A DNA stretch of 64,000 nt, from contig NC_043007.1 of NCBI RefSeq assembly GCF_006345805.1, positions 39,618,001 through 39,682,000 of the forward strand, written 5' to 3'. Below are positions 13,896 through 26,335 of this stretch, piece by piece (within the stretch, counting starts at the first letter, position 1; every line of letters begins with the position of its first letter). Under the pieces are notes generated by a model. That model did not search any database, was not told the DNA's origin, and was given only the letters and a program-made list of their open reading frames with translations. Source of the stretch: Octopus sinensis. Its lineage: Eukaryota. Position numbers and translations under genes: made by a program.

Positions 13896-15309
13896 ATTCT
13901 TTTATTCTTTTATTCTTTTAATGTTTCAGTTTAGTGACTGTGGTCATGCTGGAGCACCGCTATTGGGATCATCTTTCCACTTTCCACCTTTGTCGGAGCG
14001 GTTTTTGGTGAAGGATGGCGTTCGATGATAGTGCCCTCTTTTGAGTTTCTTGCCTAGATATTGGCTCATCCGGGATCTTGGTGAGCTAGAGGTCAATTTC
14101 ACGTTTGAAAACATCTATATCCACTCCATGAAGACTCCTCAGATGCTTCGGCAGACAATTAAATAGCTATGGATCCCTGAAATCAAAGTTATTGCAGTAC
14201 ATAGTCCTTGTCCGAGATGAAGCAGTCGACACAGTGGGGACAGCACAGTGACGTCCTGTTCGTGATCTGGTATAGCTCTTTATTCCAGAGTTTGGCACCA
14301 GTCCTTCCAGTATCTTCTATATATATATCACTGCATACCTCTCCCGCCTTTGTTCCAGGGAACAGAGTCGTAGCTCTTTCTATCTGTCCCAGTAGCTCAG
14401 TCGTTCCATTGATGCAATTTTCTTTGTGTAAAGTCGCTGGACTGCTTCAAGTTCTGCTATCGTCCTTGTAGTAAAAGGTGACCATAGCTGAGAGCAGTAG
14501 TCCAGCCGGGTGAGGATAAATGAATTCCATAGTGTCAACATAGTTTCTTGGTCCCTTGTCCGGAAAGTTCTCAGAATCCAACCGGGCAGTCTTCTGGATA
14601 CTGCTACCATTTTGTTGATATGTGCGTGAAATAAAGCATTCTTACTCATTTCTATTCCAATATCACGCACCGTATTTGATTCTAGTATCGTTGCTTCACT
14701 TCGTCCAACTTACTGATGTGATTCCTGAGCAGTGCTTAACTGGTAGAGGAGGGCCTGGAATTTACTTGCATTAAACTGCATGTTGTTATCCTCAGCCCAT
14801 ATATAGATGGCATGTAGATCTTTCTGCAAGAGCGTAGCATCAGAGGTTTCCTTGACTGACTGTGCGACTTTTGTGTCGTCGGCATAGCTGGTAAGCACGG
14901 CTGCCTATGTCACTGATGGGATATCTGATAGGACCACAATGAAAAGCAGTTGCCTCAGTACAGTGCCCTGGGGCACTCCACTCACTATTGGTGTTTCTGT
15001 GGAGAGAGCTCCGTTGGCTGCTACAGTTGGCTCCTGTCCTTTAGGAAATCATGCAACCACTCTCCGACTTTACCGGTGATGTCGAGTCCCCGTATTTTGT
15101 GGCATATCATTCCATTGTCGACCTTGTCAAATGCCTTCGCAAAGTCAAGGTATACAATATCCACCTTTGAACAGTTCTTTAATTGCTTCAGTACCCAGTC
15201 ATAGTGTCGCAGAAGCTGTGTAAGACAGCTCCTTCCCGGGCGAAAGCCATGTTGGGTGACAGAGTGCAGGTCATTGTCCTCAAGGAACTCGATAAGTCTT
15301 TTCCTGACG
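13896..15309 (-). mobile_element. 5'-truncated, decayed CR1-type LINE (RT, C-terminus and 3' tail)
   Basis: Motifs QHGFRPGRSC, YLDFAKAFDKVD, SGVPQGTVL, YADDTK, RLDYCSQLWSP and a PDEP C-terminus. Short 3' UTR ends in (AAAAGAAT)3. Confidence 0.88.
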
Positions 15310-15544
15310 TCTCTCTCTCTCTCCTCTCTCTGTATATATATATATATATATAGATATATATAATATATATATATAATATTAACCAACTTAGAGAAGAAGA
15401 AGAAACGAAACGAATCGAATCGAATCGACGCGAGGGCGCTCAGTCATACAATAGTGTAATAAATAAAATATATGCATACATACAAACATATATGTACGTG
15501 CCTACATCTACATGTATATATACATGCATATATAATATATATAC

Positions 15545-15830
15545 GTTTGTACAGGACACCACAAATAGACGTAAAACTCAACGAGAAACGAAAAAGTAAA
15601 AACAGCATGGAACGGACCATTTTTTTAACAACGAAAAAACAGAGTACAAGACAACTACACAAGGAAAAATCCCCTTCATCAGCTGTCCCTATTTCAACTC
15701 CAGCGTGTTTCGAATGTGAGGACAGAACACGTCTCGTCGAACTAATCCTTCCTGCGAAAGAATTAAATAAAATTCCTTTGCAGAGGGGTAAAAACAAGGA
15801 AAACAAAAGTGACAAAAACAGGACGTAAAA
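15545..15830 (-). mobile_element. Putative PLE-type terminal (pLTR-like) fragment
   Basis: T-rich on the minus strand, contains hammerhead core motifs and abuts (AT)n, like the PLE tail at 59.9-60.2 kb. No ORF. Confidence 0.4.
15661..15731 (-). ncRNA. Hammerhead-like motif in permuted, pseudoknotted order
   Basis: Minus strand reads CGTGT-T-CTGTCCT..TTC-GAAA-CACG..AGGGACAG-CTGATGA-AGGGG. Stems I and III pair in register around the conserved cores. Confidence 0.45.
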
Positions 15831-15982
15831 ACAATACAATTAAAAACAAATACAAAATAAAAATACAATTACAAAAAATACAGGTGTGTGTGTCTGTTTG
15901 TATACATGTATGTATTATTCATATATATATACGTATATATATATGTATTATACATATAATACGTATATATATATATACATAT

Positions 15983-16035
<53 letters not shown>

Positions 16036-16169
16036 TATATGTATATATATACGTATATACATATATATATATAGACGTATATACATATATATATACGCAT
16101 ATACATATATATACATACACATATACATATATACATATGTATACATACAAATGCATGCATACACACAGG

Positions 16170-16200
<31 letters not shown>

Positions 16201-16470
16201 GCACCACCACACACACACACGCACACACACACACACACACAGCACACACCACACACACACACACACACACATATATAATTATATATATATATAAAACATT
16301 ATTTTTCAGGTCATAATGAAATGATGCTATGACTTCATGCGACAAGAAAACTCGTGCTTAATCGAGAAGACATTCAGTGTAGTGTCATGAACTCTTGCAT
16401 ACAAGTGATACATATGGACAACATACATACATACATACATACATACAGACAGACAGACACACAGACAGGC

Positions 16471-16502
<32 letters not shown>

Positions 16503-16557
16503 GCAGCCAGAGACGCAAATTTATATGTGTGTATTCATAGTTCTACCGCTGTTGTTG

Positions 16558-16989
16558 TTGTTCTTCTTCTTCCAATCAGGACTAACGCCGTTAGCCAGAA
16601 AGAATAATCTCCAATTCGAGCCTATTCTAAGCTACTGAGAATGCGTGTGGCAACTTGAAGATCCACCCACCACACGCGATAGATAGTCTGGCGGTTGCAC
16701 GAGCGCGAAAGCTACTTTGTTATCCTTTTTCCTAGGATCTGAAAGTTTACCACACCATAGCGGGCTACACCATGGTTCCTCTGCTTTGTGGCAGAAGTAG
16801 GAAGAAACAGTGAGAGAAAGTTGTGGGGAAAGAGTACAGCGGGGTTCACCACCACCCTCCCCCGCCGGAGCCTCGTAGAGCTTAGGTGTTTTTGCTCAAT
16901 AAACACTCACAATGCCCGGTCTTGGAATCGAAACCGCGTTCTTACCACCGCGAGTCCGCTGCCCTAACCACTGGGACATTGCGCCTCCA
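16558..16989 (-). mobile_element. SINE-C (tRNA-derived), tail type 1, 15-bp TSD
   Basis: Head GGAGGCGCAATGTCCCAGTGGTTAGG..GGTTTCGATTCC. TSD CTACC(G/A)CTGTTGTTG at 16543-16557 and 16990-17004. Confidence 0.85.
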
Positions 16990-17306
16990 CTACCACTGTT
17001 GTTGCCTGGAGCGTTGTACATGTGTGAACATCTCTGTATATTTTCGTTCAAGAAGCGGCAACACAATGAAGAGTTTCAGTGTCCTTCAGCAATGAACTGC
17101 GTTCATCGTATAACCAAATGGTCTGTAAATATGTTTCGCACTGAAGATAAAATCTATGTACTTGGCTTTCAGGAAACCTGCGGTGGTTTGAAATGTTATT
17201 CGTTAAGTCCTTGGGTTCCATGTGAAGTATAGAACTTCGACAAGCGATTACCATGTCTCTTGATCTTTGGCAATGAAGTGTATTTGTGACTTGGTATCTC
17301 TCTTTG

Positions 17307-17435
17307 CATCTATCTATCTGTCTATCTATCTATCTATCTATCTATCTATCCATCCATCCATCCATCCATCCATCCATCCGTCCGTCCGTCCGCCCGCCCG
17401 CCCGTCCGGCCGTCCGTCCGTCCATCCATCCATCC

Positions 17436-17466
<31 letters not shown>

Positions 17467-17467
17467 G

Positions 17468-17505
<38 letters not shown>

Positions 17506-17600
17506 CATCCATCCTCCATCCATCCGTCCGTCCGTCCGTCCGTCCGCCCGCCCGTCCGGCCGTCCGTCCATCCATCCATTCATCCATCTATCTATCTATC
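17307..17600. repeat. Graded tetranucleotide array TATC/CATC/CGTC/CGCC, duplicated
   Basis: Direct reading; abuts the assembly gap. Confidence 0.9.
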
Positions 17601-17700
17601 NNNNNNNNNNNNNNNNNNNNNNNNNNNNNNNNNNNNNNNNNNNNNNNNNNNNNNNNNNNNNNNNNNNNNNNNNNNNNNNNNNNNNNNNNNNNNNNNNNNN
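17601..17700. other. Assembly gap (100 N)
   Basis: Run of N. Confidence 1.
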
Positions 17701-17724
17701 GTTCAGACAAATTGCATACGAAAA

Positions 17725-17815
17725 GTGCTTATTCGTCAAATAATATATCCCATCATATCTTATTTTCTATTGCCATTGTGTGCCAAAAACTCAATTTCCA
17801 CGCTTATAGATATAT

Positions 17816-17851
<36 letters not shown>

Positions 17852-18458
17852 GATATATATATATATATATATATAAGTTGACTGGCTTAGAGGCAGAAAA
17901 AAAATCACCAGCCCCATCCACATAGTTGAACCTTCGTCCGGGCCAGAAATCAGTCACGGCTCGAAAAGGTGGTAATGCTGCGAGGTCTGGACAGTAGGTA
18001 AAATAAGGTAGCACTTCTAGCCCTTCAAGTTCGTCAAGTGAGCGCGTGATCACACTAGCAGTGTGAGCTGAGGCATTGTAATACCTATAAGCTCTGTAGC
18101 TGTTGAGCAGAAAGGTTTTAGCGTTCACATCAAAGCAACCTATAAGTTCTGAAGCTGTTGAGCAGAAAGGTTAGCGTTCACATCAAAGCATCCTATAAGC
18201 TATGTAGCTGGTGAGCATAACGGTTGACGTTCACAGCATGACGACATGCGACAAACTCAAAGTGCAACGCCCAGTCGTAATTCCTCCAAATACAAAACAT
18301 TACCTTTTCTTCAAGCCATTGTTGTTTGATAACAAGTTCTGAAGCCTGGCCGAAACGAAGCCACAGATATCACTTATTTGGATTACGAAAATAGATAGAT
18401 TTTTCATCCCCAGTTACAACTGCACGCCAAAATCCGAAAATCTTTTGACTCAAGCTGG
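17725..18458 (-). mobile_element. Decayed mariner (DD34D-type) transposase fragment
   Basis: VVTGDEKSIYF (first catalytic D), YYNASAH resembling HDNARPH, YCPDLAA resembling YSPDLAP, and a C-terminal GIEFLA..YDGIY. Interrupted by (AT)n and a 53-55 bp triplication. Confidence 0.8.
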
Positions 18459-18704
18459 TATGTGTGTGTGTATGTATGTGTGTGCGAGTGTGCCGGGATG
18501 AGTGTGTATGCCTGTGTGAGTGTGGGTGTGTGTATGTGTGTGTGTGGATGTGTGAATGTATTTGTGCATATGTGTGCGCGTGTAAATAATACATACGTGC
18601 ATACACCCACATATACATATGTATATATACACATATACATATGTATATGTGTGTATATATATATGTACGTATGTAAGTATGTATGTACGCATATGAATAA
18701 AGAA

Positions 18705-18768
<64 letters not shown>

Positions 18769-19237
18769 ATATATCGAGAGAGAAGAGGAGGAGAGAGAGC
18801 GAGAAGTAATGTTTATCACCACTTAAACGTGGGCGTATTTTAAGTACAGACGATACTGCTATTTTAAATCCATGAGGACGCTTCTTCCAGCTGGCTATGT
18901 TTCACTCTCTCTCTCTCTCTGTATATATATATATATATTCAACTGTTTGGCATAGCAAACAAATCTCCCCCATAGGAAACATCCGTTCCTCAAGCCACAA
19001 GTGTTTGTCTCGAGTTTCACTGCATGAAACTCGAGTTGCAAACTAAACACTCAAGATTTGTTTTCAACAAAATGAAGCCATATCCTCTCCGACATGTATT
19101 GGGCATTCTTTACTCGTTCGTCCAACATAAACCAACTATTCTATATATGGAGGCGCAGGTCGGACTTTGTGGTAAAATGTTTGTTTTTCAACAATATGGT
19201 CCCGGGTTCAGTCCCATTGCGTGGTACATGCCCTAGT

Positions 19238-19450
19238 ATTTTCTTATTTCTTTATTGCCCACAAGGGGCTAAACACAGAGAGGACAAACAAAGACAGACA
19301 AAGGGATTAAGTTGCTTACATCGACCCCAGTGCGTAACTGGTACTTAATTTATCGACCCCGAAAGGATGAAGAGCAAAGTCGACATCGGCGGAATTTGAA
19401 ATCAGAACGTAACGATAGACGAAACACCTATTTCGTTACTACCCACAAGG
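19238..19450 (-). mobile_element. SINE-A, 5'-truncated, Tx1-type tail
   Basis: Core present. Tail (reverse complement) CCCCTTGTGGGCAATAAAGAAATAAGAAA. Confidence 0.8.
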
Positions 19451-20628
19451 GCACAGAAGTGCACTCAGTCACACGCACATACATGCACACACAAACGCAC
19501 ACACGCATACGCATACACTTACGCACGCTTATATACGTACATATATACATATACGTATACATGTATATATGCACTATGCAGTTATATTACATATGCACAG
19601 TTATACATGAATTGTTACTGGGACACACATACTCATGAACACACATACGCATTCACACACGCACACACAAACGCACACGCACACACACACAAACACACTC
19701 TCACACACACATTAGCAGTCATGCACATGCAAACATGCCTGATTTCACTGGTCATAATGTATTTTACGTTCGTCTTCAACAAGCATTTACATACATATAA
19801 GCACACACACGTACATACTCACAACACACATATATTATATACACTATCATAGCTAATAACATACGCTTAAAAACACTAACTCCCATCAGCTATGCACTAC
19901 ACCTATAATTACAGATATATTCACTCTGGTGTCCAGAAAATATACATGCCAGTTTTAGGCCTTGTATTGCTATTGACCGCAGCGGTCAAATGTAGGATTG
20001 TAGAAATCAGATATCGGTTCTTATATATAAAAAAAAAATTATTCTATTAGGAATGTTAATCTCTTGCAGAAAACGAAACGAAAAATTTTCTATAAATATG
20101 TTAATCTACATTACATCTTAATACAGCGAAGCTGTCGTCTGCATTCAATGATTCGTTTTTAAATATGGTGGCTTGAATGAAATTTATACGACGACAATAT
20201 CCATTTATATATTTGTGTTCTTTCTTGCTTTTCCGTCAAACTAATTTGGCCTCGTGAAGAAACATGCAGTATAGTATTACGTTGATTAAAGTATCAGAAA
20301 CTATCAAGATAGATACATTTCTTAGACAAAATAGTCAAGGGACGATGTTTCCGCCATTCTACGAAGGTCCTTGTAGAGCAAGAGAGCAACATAATTAAAC
20401 TATGATGTTGGACTTACAGACAGTAGAGCGCCATATTGAATTATTATTTATATATTTATTTATACATGAGACAAAGTTATGTATTATTTATTCATGTATG
20501 GGTTCACTGTTTTCTTTTCTTTTTTTGGAGAGGGTGCAAATGAGGCCTAGGTATAGTGAAGAAAATAACTTACAGGATTGTGACCATTCGTCAACCCAAA
20601 TAATAATAATAACAACAACAATAATAAT

Positions 20629-20919
20629 TCATTACTATATGCATAAGGCCTGAAATTTTGGGGGAGGGATTAGTCGATTACATCGCCCTCAGTGCGTAAC
20701 TGGTATTTATTTAATCAACTTCGAAAGGATGAAATGTAAAGTCGACTTCTGCGGAATATGAATTCAGAACGTAAAGGCGGACAAAATACCTATTTCTTTA
20801 CTACCCACAAGGGGCTAAACACAGAGGGGACAAACAAGGACAGACAAACGGATTAAGTCGACAAAATACCGCTGAGCTTTTCGCCCGGCGTGCTCACGAT
20901 TCGGCCATCTCGCTGCCTT
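20629..20919 (-). mobile_element. SINE-A, two units with internal deletion
   Basis: Head, unit junction AAATACCTATTTC and core. Flanked by TAA/CAA arrays. Confidence 0.8.
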
Positions 20920-21039
20920 GACAGCAACAACAACAACAACAACAACGTCCTCTCAACGATTAGCTAGTGTATGATTTTTAAAATGAGAATATCTGATATT
21001 AAACTCGACTGCTCTCACAAACGAGAATACTAAAAACGA

Positions 21040-21230
21040 ATCCCACCGCTCTAAAAAATTAAGTAAAAAACAGGAAAAGAAATCCAGAATCCTTGTCCGG
21101 TACCGGATCGATCCCAAAATCTAATCAGTTTGTGCCAGTCATGAGGCCAAACATCCCCGAAAGTTTCATCCGAACCCATCCATCAATTCTTGAGATATCT
21201 TGTCCGTATTGAAACAATACCTCCGCAGAT
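21040..21230 (+). mobile_element. Possible Helentron-associated (HINE/DINE-1-like) non-autonomous fragment
   Basis: AAAGTTTCATCCGAACCCATCC..TTCTTGAGATATCTTG and terminal AAACAATACCTCCGC resemble HINE 3' parts. Recognised from memory only. Confidence 0.4.
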
Positions 21231-21567
21231 AGACAGATAGACATCGCAATCCATTCTGATGAAAAGACTGCTCGAAAAAAAAAAAAAAAACGAGAGAAAA
21301 AATCTATGAAGATACAAAGAATTTGATTTTGAAGTTTTCAAGACGAGGGTCACGAGGATGAAAGAATAGCCCATGATTCAAAACAATAGCTCGAATACAG
21401 CGCATATCATATGCAAGTAGTTAATAATTTAATATAACGTAATCGCACAACATATACTATAAAATATTAAAGCCAAACAAAATAACACCCATCACGTTAC
21501 ACATACTATACAAAACTTACCAAGCGCTAATATAACAAGAAATTATAAAGGAAACATCATAATTAAA

Positions 21568-21633
21568 CTAACCCTAACCCTAAAACTAACCCCAACCCTA
21601 AAACTAACCCTAACCCTAACACTAACCCTAACC
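21568..21633. repeat. Interstitial telomere-like (CTAACC)n array with an 18-bp higher-order unit
   Basis: CTAACCCTAACCCTAAAA-type unit repeated about 3.7 times. Confidence 0.85.
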
Positions 21634-22127
21634 AGTGTGCGCAGTAAAAATCTGATTAAAAACAATCAAGAATTTGCAAATGTTATTGTCGGGTTCCTCG
21701 TACCATTAATAATATCTGATACAAGCTACCGCCCCTTGTATCGTTCGACATGTTTGTTTATATTCGCGAGTGCCTGTTTTCCGTGCTTTATTTATTAGTA
21801 TAAAATATTTGAAAATAGACGAATCTTCCTAATTTTTTGCACATTCCATTATTATGGATACATTTCCCATTTTCCTAACATTTAAAAAAATTTTACAAGT
21901 AAGCGTCATTTTTTTGGAGAGGTGCGCTTCCGAAGAAGCGCCTTTGTATGTGTAAATTAACAGTTTAGAAAAAAAGCCATTGGTTTCATATCTAGCATGA
22001 ATTAGACATATCTTCACTTCTTCTAAACGATAACTGTTCGCTGAAAAGAATGTGTTTTTTTAAAACACAAGTTCGCCGGTGATAGTTTAAAAAATCATGG
22101 AGTGAGTTGTTTTCCTTCGCTTGGTAG

Positions 22128-22575
22128 TTAGGTTTTCCAATTTTGAAGTAAAAATTTCCGAACATGTGGACGACTCTCCACGGTTTCCTTCCTGGAGTTC
22201 AGATAGCCTCCTGGCTCATGTGAGTTCATGAGGATTATATATTTGTCTGCCATACACAATTTACATAGTCTTCTTCCATTGCGACAGGGTCCACAAGTTT
22301 CTAATAATTTCCACCTGACGTCAAAGGGCATATGATCGTCCATTAGGCGTCATACGTATGATGCGAGTGTCGTTGTGTTGCGTCTCTCCGGGGACCTGAA
22401 AGAAGCTCTGTGGGTGATCAGGCGAATTTTAAATTTGGATTCACAAGATCCGACATAAATTTTAGTGTGAGTCCCTGTGCTGGCATTGATATTTGTGCTG
22501 CTTCTGTTTGAGCGTACTTTTGCTTGGTACACTGTAGCCTCGGTGTCACATCTGCCGTCCATTGGGTATTCATTT
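22128..22575 (-). mobile_element. Decayed Penelope-like GIY-YIG endonuclease (3' end of a PLE)
   Basis: PMDGRC..VYQAKV..YVGSCESKFKIRLITHRASFR..WKLL..CKLC..LNSRKE. The two tracked ORFs share a frame and are split by one TGA at 22350-22352. Confidence 0.8.
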
Positions 22576-22605
22576 CTATATGTGTGTGTGTGTGTGTGTG
22601 TGTGT

Positions 22606-22832
22606 GGAGGCGCGTGGCTTAGTGGTTAGGGTGTCAGCATCATGTTCGTAAGATTGTGGTTCCGATTCCTGGACCGGGCGACGCGTTGTGTTCTTGACCA
22701 AAGCACTTCATTTCACGTTGCTCCAGTCCACTTAGCTTGCAAAAAACGAGTAATGCTGCGATGGACTGGCGTCCCGTCCAGCTCAGGAACACATACGCCA
22801 TTGAAACCTGGCTAGGCTTTAAAAGGGCGCAT
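22606..22832 (+). mobile_element. tRNA-derived SINE with V-domain-like core
   Basis: Head GGAGGCGCGTGGCTTAGTGGTTAGGG. GCTGCGATGGACTGGCGTCCCGTCCAG resembles the V-SINE domain (from memory). Confidence 0.7.
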
Positions 22833-22836
22833 TTGT

Positions 22837-23150
22837 GGAGGCGCAATGGCCCAGTGGTTAGGAGAGCTGACTCGCGGACGGAAGATCGTGGTTTCGATTC
22901 CCAGACCGGGCGTTGTGCGTGTTTATTGAGCGAAAACGCCTAAAAGCTCCACAAGGCTCCGGCAGGGGGTGGTGGCGACCCCTGTTTTATACTCTTTCGT
23001 CCCAATTTTCTCTCACTCTTTCTTCCTGTTTCTTGGGTAACGCTGCGATGGACTGGCGTCCTGTCCAGCTGCGGGGAGCACATACGTCACAAAAACCGGG
23101 AAACCGGCCCATGAGCCTGGCTAGGCTTGAAAAAAAGCGCATAAATGAAA
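22837..23150 (+). mobile_element. Chimeric SINE: SINE-C 5' half with V-like 3' half
   Basis: About 190 bp match SINE-C at 41884. The rest (GCTGCGATGGACTGGCGTCC..CCTGGCTAGGCTT..GCGCAT) matches the adjacent V-like SINE. Confidence 0.75.
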
Positions 23151-23699
23151 TAATAAATATATATATATATAATTTGCGATATCTAGGTGTATGTAACAAT
23201 GATTTCCGTCTTTTTATGGTAACATATATTATGTGGAGAAGACTGTCGTTGTAACCTTGGCTTGAAAATCACATGAAAGTGTGTACGGTCACCATACCAC
23301 AAGTAATCGATATAAACTTTTTATAAGTTTTAAATGCTATTTATTATATATGTTTGAAACGCTACAGATCGACTGCGGGCGTGAAGAATCATCTCAGAGC
23401 ACACACACTTTGTTTCCCGTTCTTTTACATCGAGAATTTTGTTTATAGAAGACAGCATGACGTTGCTCATATATTAACAATTCTAGTGCCCATATTCGGG
23501 TGCTTAGAAGATGAAACGACTCGAACACACACCAGAGAGTATTTTATCCCACTCTCTAACAGGTCAGCCGCTGCGACCGGTTACATTTGTACTTTTGACA
23601 TTATTATCACAGGAGGAACAAAAAAACATCATTCTCTCTAGGATTCGAACTCAGTGCGTAAAAATCCAGATGAAGAATCGCAACGCAAGACAATCTTCC

Positions 23700-23756
23700 T
23701 GACGCCTGTGTTTGTGTATGTGTGTGTGTGTGTATGGATATATATGTATATATATT

Positions 23757-23809
<53 letters not shown>

Positions 23810-24111
23810 TTGCACATTTTTTTACATATATGTATATACACAAACACGCGCCCGCGCACACACATATGTGCGTATATTTATATGAGTGTTAATCTATGCA
23901 TCTCTCTATTTAATTATCTATTCCAACCATCCAACTATCCAACTATATTACATATTACAGTTGCTCTATCTTACGCGCGTTCATTCTGTCGAAGCAGTTA
24001 TCTCTATATTTATCTCTCACTTTAATGCAAACGCGCATGTGCATACATGTATACAAACATACGCATGTCTGTGTAAATACATACATACATACATATTATA
24101 CATACATATCC

Positions 24112-24173
<62 letters not shown>

Positions 24174-24187
24174 ATAATATACATAAC

Positions 24188-24238
<51 letters not shown>

Positions 24239-24910
24239 ATATATATATGATATATATATATATATATATATAATATATATATATATATTGTATGTATATA
24301 TATATATATGTACATATGCGTATTCAACACTTGCTCCAGCAATCTCTAAGGAATTTTTGTTTCAATTAAGAGTTCTTACTTGGGTGGATTTTCTCATTCT
24401 TTATTTATTTACGGTTGGCTTTGGTTTGTTGCTTGATTTTCATGTTATTAATGACGGTATAATGGTTCTAATGTCTAGTGTATGATTGCAACGGCGATGT
24501 TAATGTTGGCCATGATAGCGTTGGGTGTTGGTGTTGGCTGTGGAAGTGGCAGTGGCGGTCGTCATAACCACGTTGGGGAACGGTCGCGTAGTATAAGAAA
24601 CAGGGGTGGCGGATGCGAATTTTTTTCCCTCTATATATGTTGATGTAATAGCGTTATGTAACGAGGGTCGGTGCTGCTGGTGGTGGTGGTGGTGGTGGTG
24701 GTGATAGTGGTGGTGATAGTGGTGGTGATAGTGGTGGTGATAGTGGTGGTGGTGGTGGTGGTGGTGGTGGTGGTGCGGTTGCGGTAGAGTTTGCTTGTGG
24801 TGTTCACCGTTCCCAATGTGTTTTACTCACCACACACATCTGTCTGCAAGCTAATCATTGCTCGAATGAATATACATATATTCCATAGATTGCTGGAGTG
24901 TTAGATACGC

Positions 24911-24955
<45 letters not shown>

Positions 24956-25064
24956 TTAAATATATATATATATATATAGTATATATCGTATATATATATA
25001 TGTATGTATGTATATTATATTATATATATATATATATCTATATATATATTATATATATTATAGG

Positions 25065-25111
<47 letters not shown>

Positions 25112-25188
25112 TATATGTATATTATATAATATATATATATATATATTATAATAATATATATATATATATATTATATATGTATATATAT

Positions 25189-25222
<34 letters not shown>

Positions 25223-25868
25223 ATATAATAATATATATACATTATATATACATACACGTATATGTATACATCTATATATATATATAGACATCCGTCCATA
25301 TATATGTGTGAGTGTGCGCGTATATATATATATATATATGCGCACACACACTCACACATGCACACGCACATATGTTTGTATGTATATGGTTGCACAGATT
25401 AATGAACGAGCGTAGTTTGTCACTCATACACATGCTATACAAACAAATTCATATACACACATTCGAAGATTGCAATCACTTATTTATCAATTTCCACACA
25501 TATTTCTACATGTTTTATTCCTTATCCATCTTATTTTCATATTTGTTCTTTTATTAACAGATTTTGCTCTTATTTGTACATATAAATAAGTACGCACGCA
25601 CACATACATGTATGCAAACACTCACACACACACACACACATACAAACAGACATTCACACATGCACACATATATGTATATATTTGGACATGCATACACATG
25701 TCAGCAGTTACAGTTGCATGTCTATTCATACACATGTATATGTACGCCCCTGCAAGCAGATATGTTTCTCTAATTTATACATGCGCATACGCACATGCAT
25801 ACATATAGTGATTTACATACATACATGCAATATATATATATATATATATAGATATATATATATAGACG

Positions 25869-25912
<44 letters not shown>

Positions 25913-26016
25913 TACACACACAAGCACACACATATATATACATATATATATACATGGTTGCATATATCTATATATATATTGCTATATATATATACTATAT
26001 AATATATAATTATATT

Positions 26017-26047
<31 letters not shown>

Positions 26048-26167
26048 GAGGACGGAGAGAGAGAGAGAGAGAGGACAGATAGACAGAGACAGATAAATAG
26101 ACAGACATACAAAACCACAGATAAATACACAGACAGGACAGACAGACAGACAGACAGACAGACTGAG

Positions 26168-26226
<59 letters not shown>

Positions 26227-26228
26227 CG

Positions 26229-26319
<91 letters not shown>

Positions 26320-26335
26320 GGATAGATAGATACGA
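23700..26335. repeat. Microsatellite-rich field: (AT)n, (GGT)n, (CA)n, (GATA)n
   Basis: Direct reading; short unique spacers in between. Confidence 0.8.

Noticed and set aside
21256-21277. CTGATGA..GAAA hammerhead-like core
   Set aside because: Stem II is broken and there is no stem I, stem III or NUH triplet (poly-A follows).
21978-22018. Possible hammerhead in the 3' UTR of the GIY-YIG fragment (minus strand)
   Set aside because: The core is GTGAAGA and there is no stem III or cleavage triplet; at most a relic.
22350-22352. In-frame TGA in the GIY-YIG ORF as possible selenocysteine (reported for some PLEs)
   Set aside because: It falls at a position that is normally Trp (YVW), not Cys, and the fragment has other decay substitutions. 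A simple TGG-to-TGA change is more likely.
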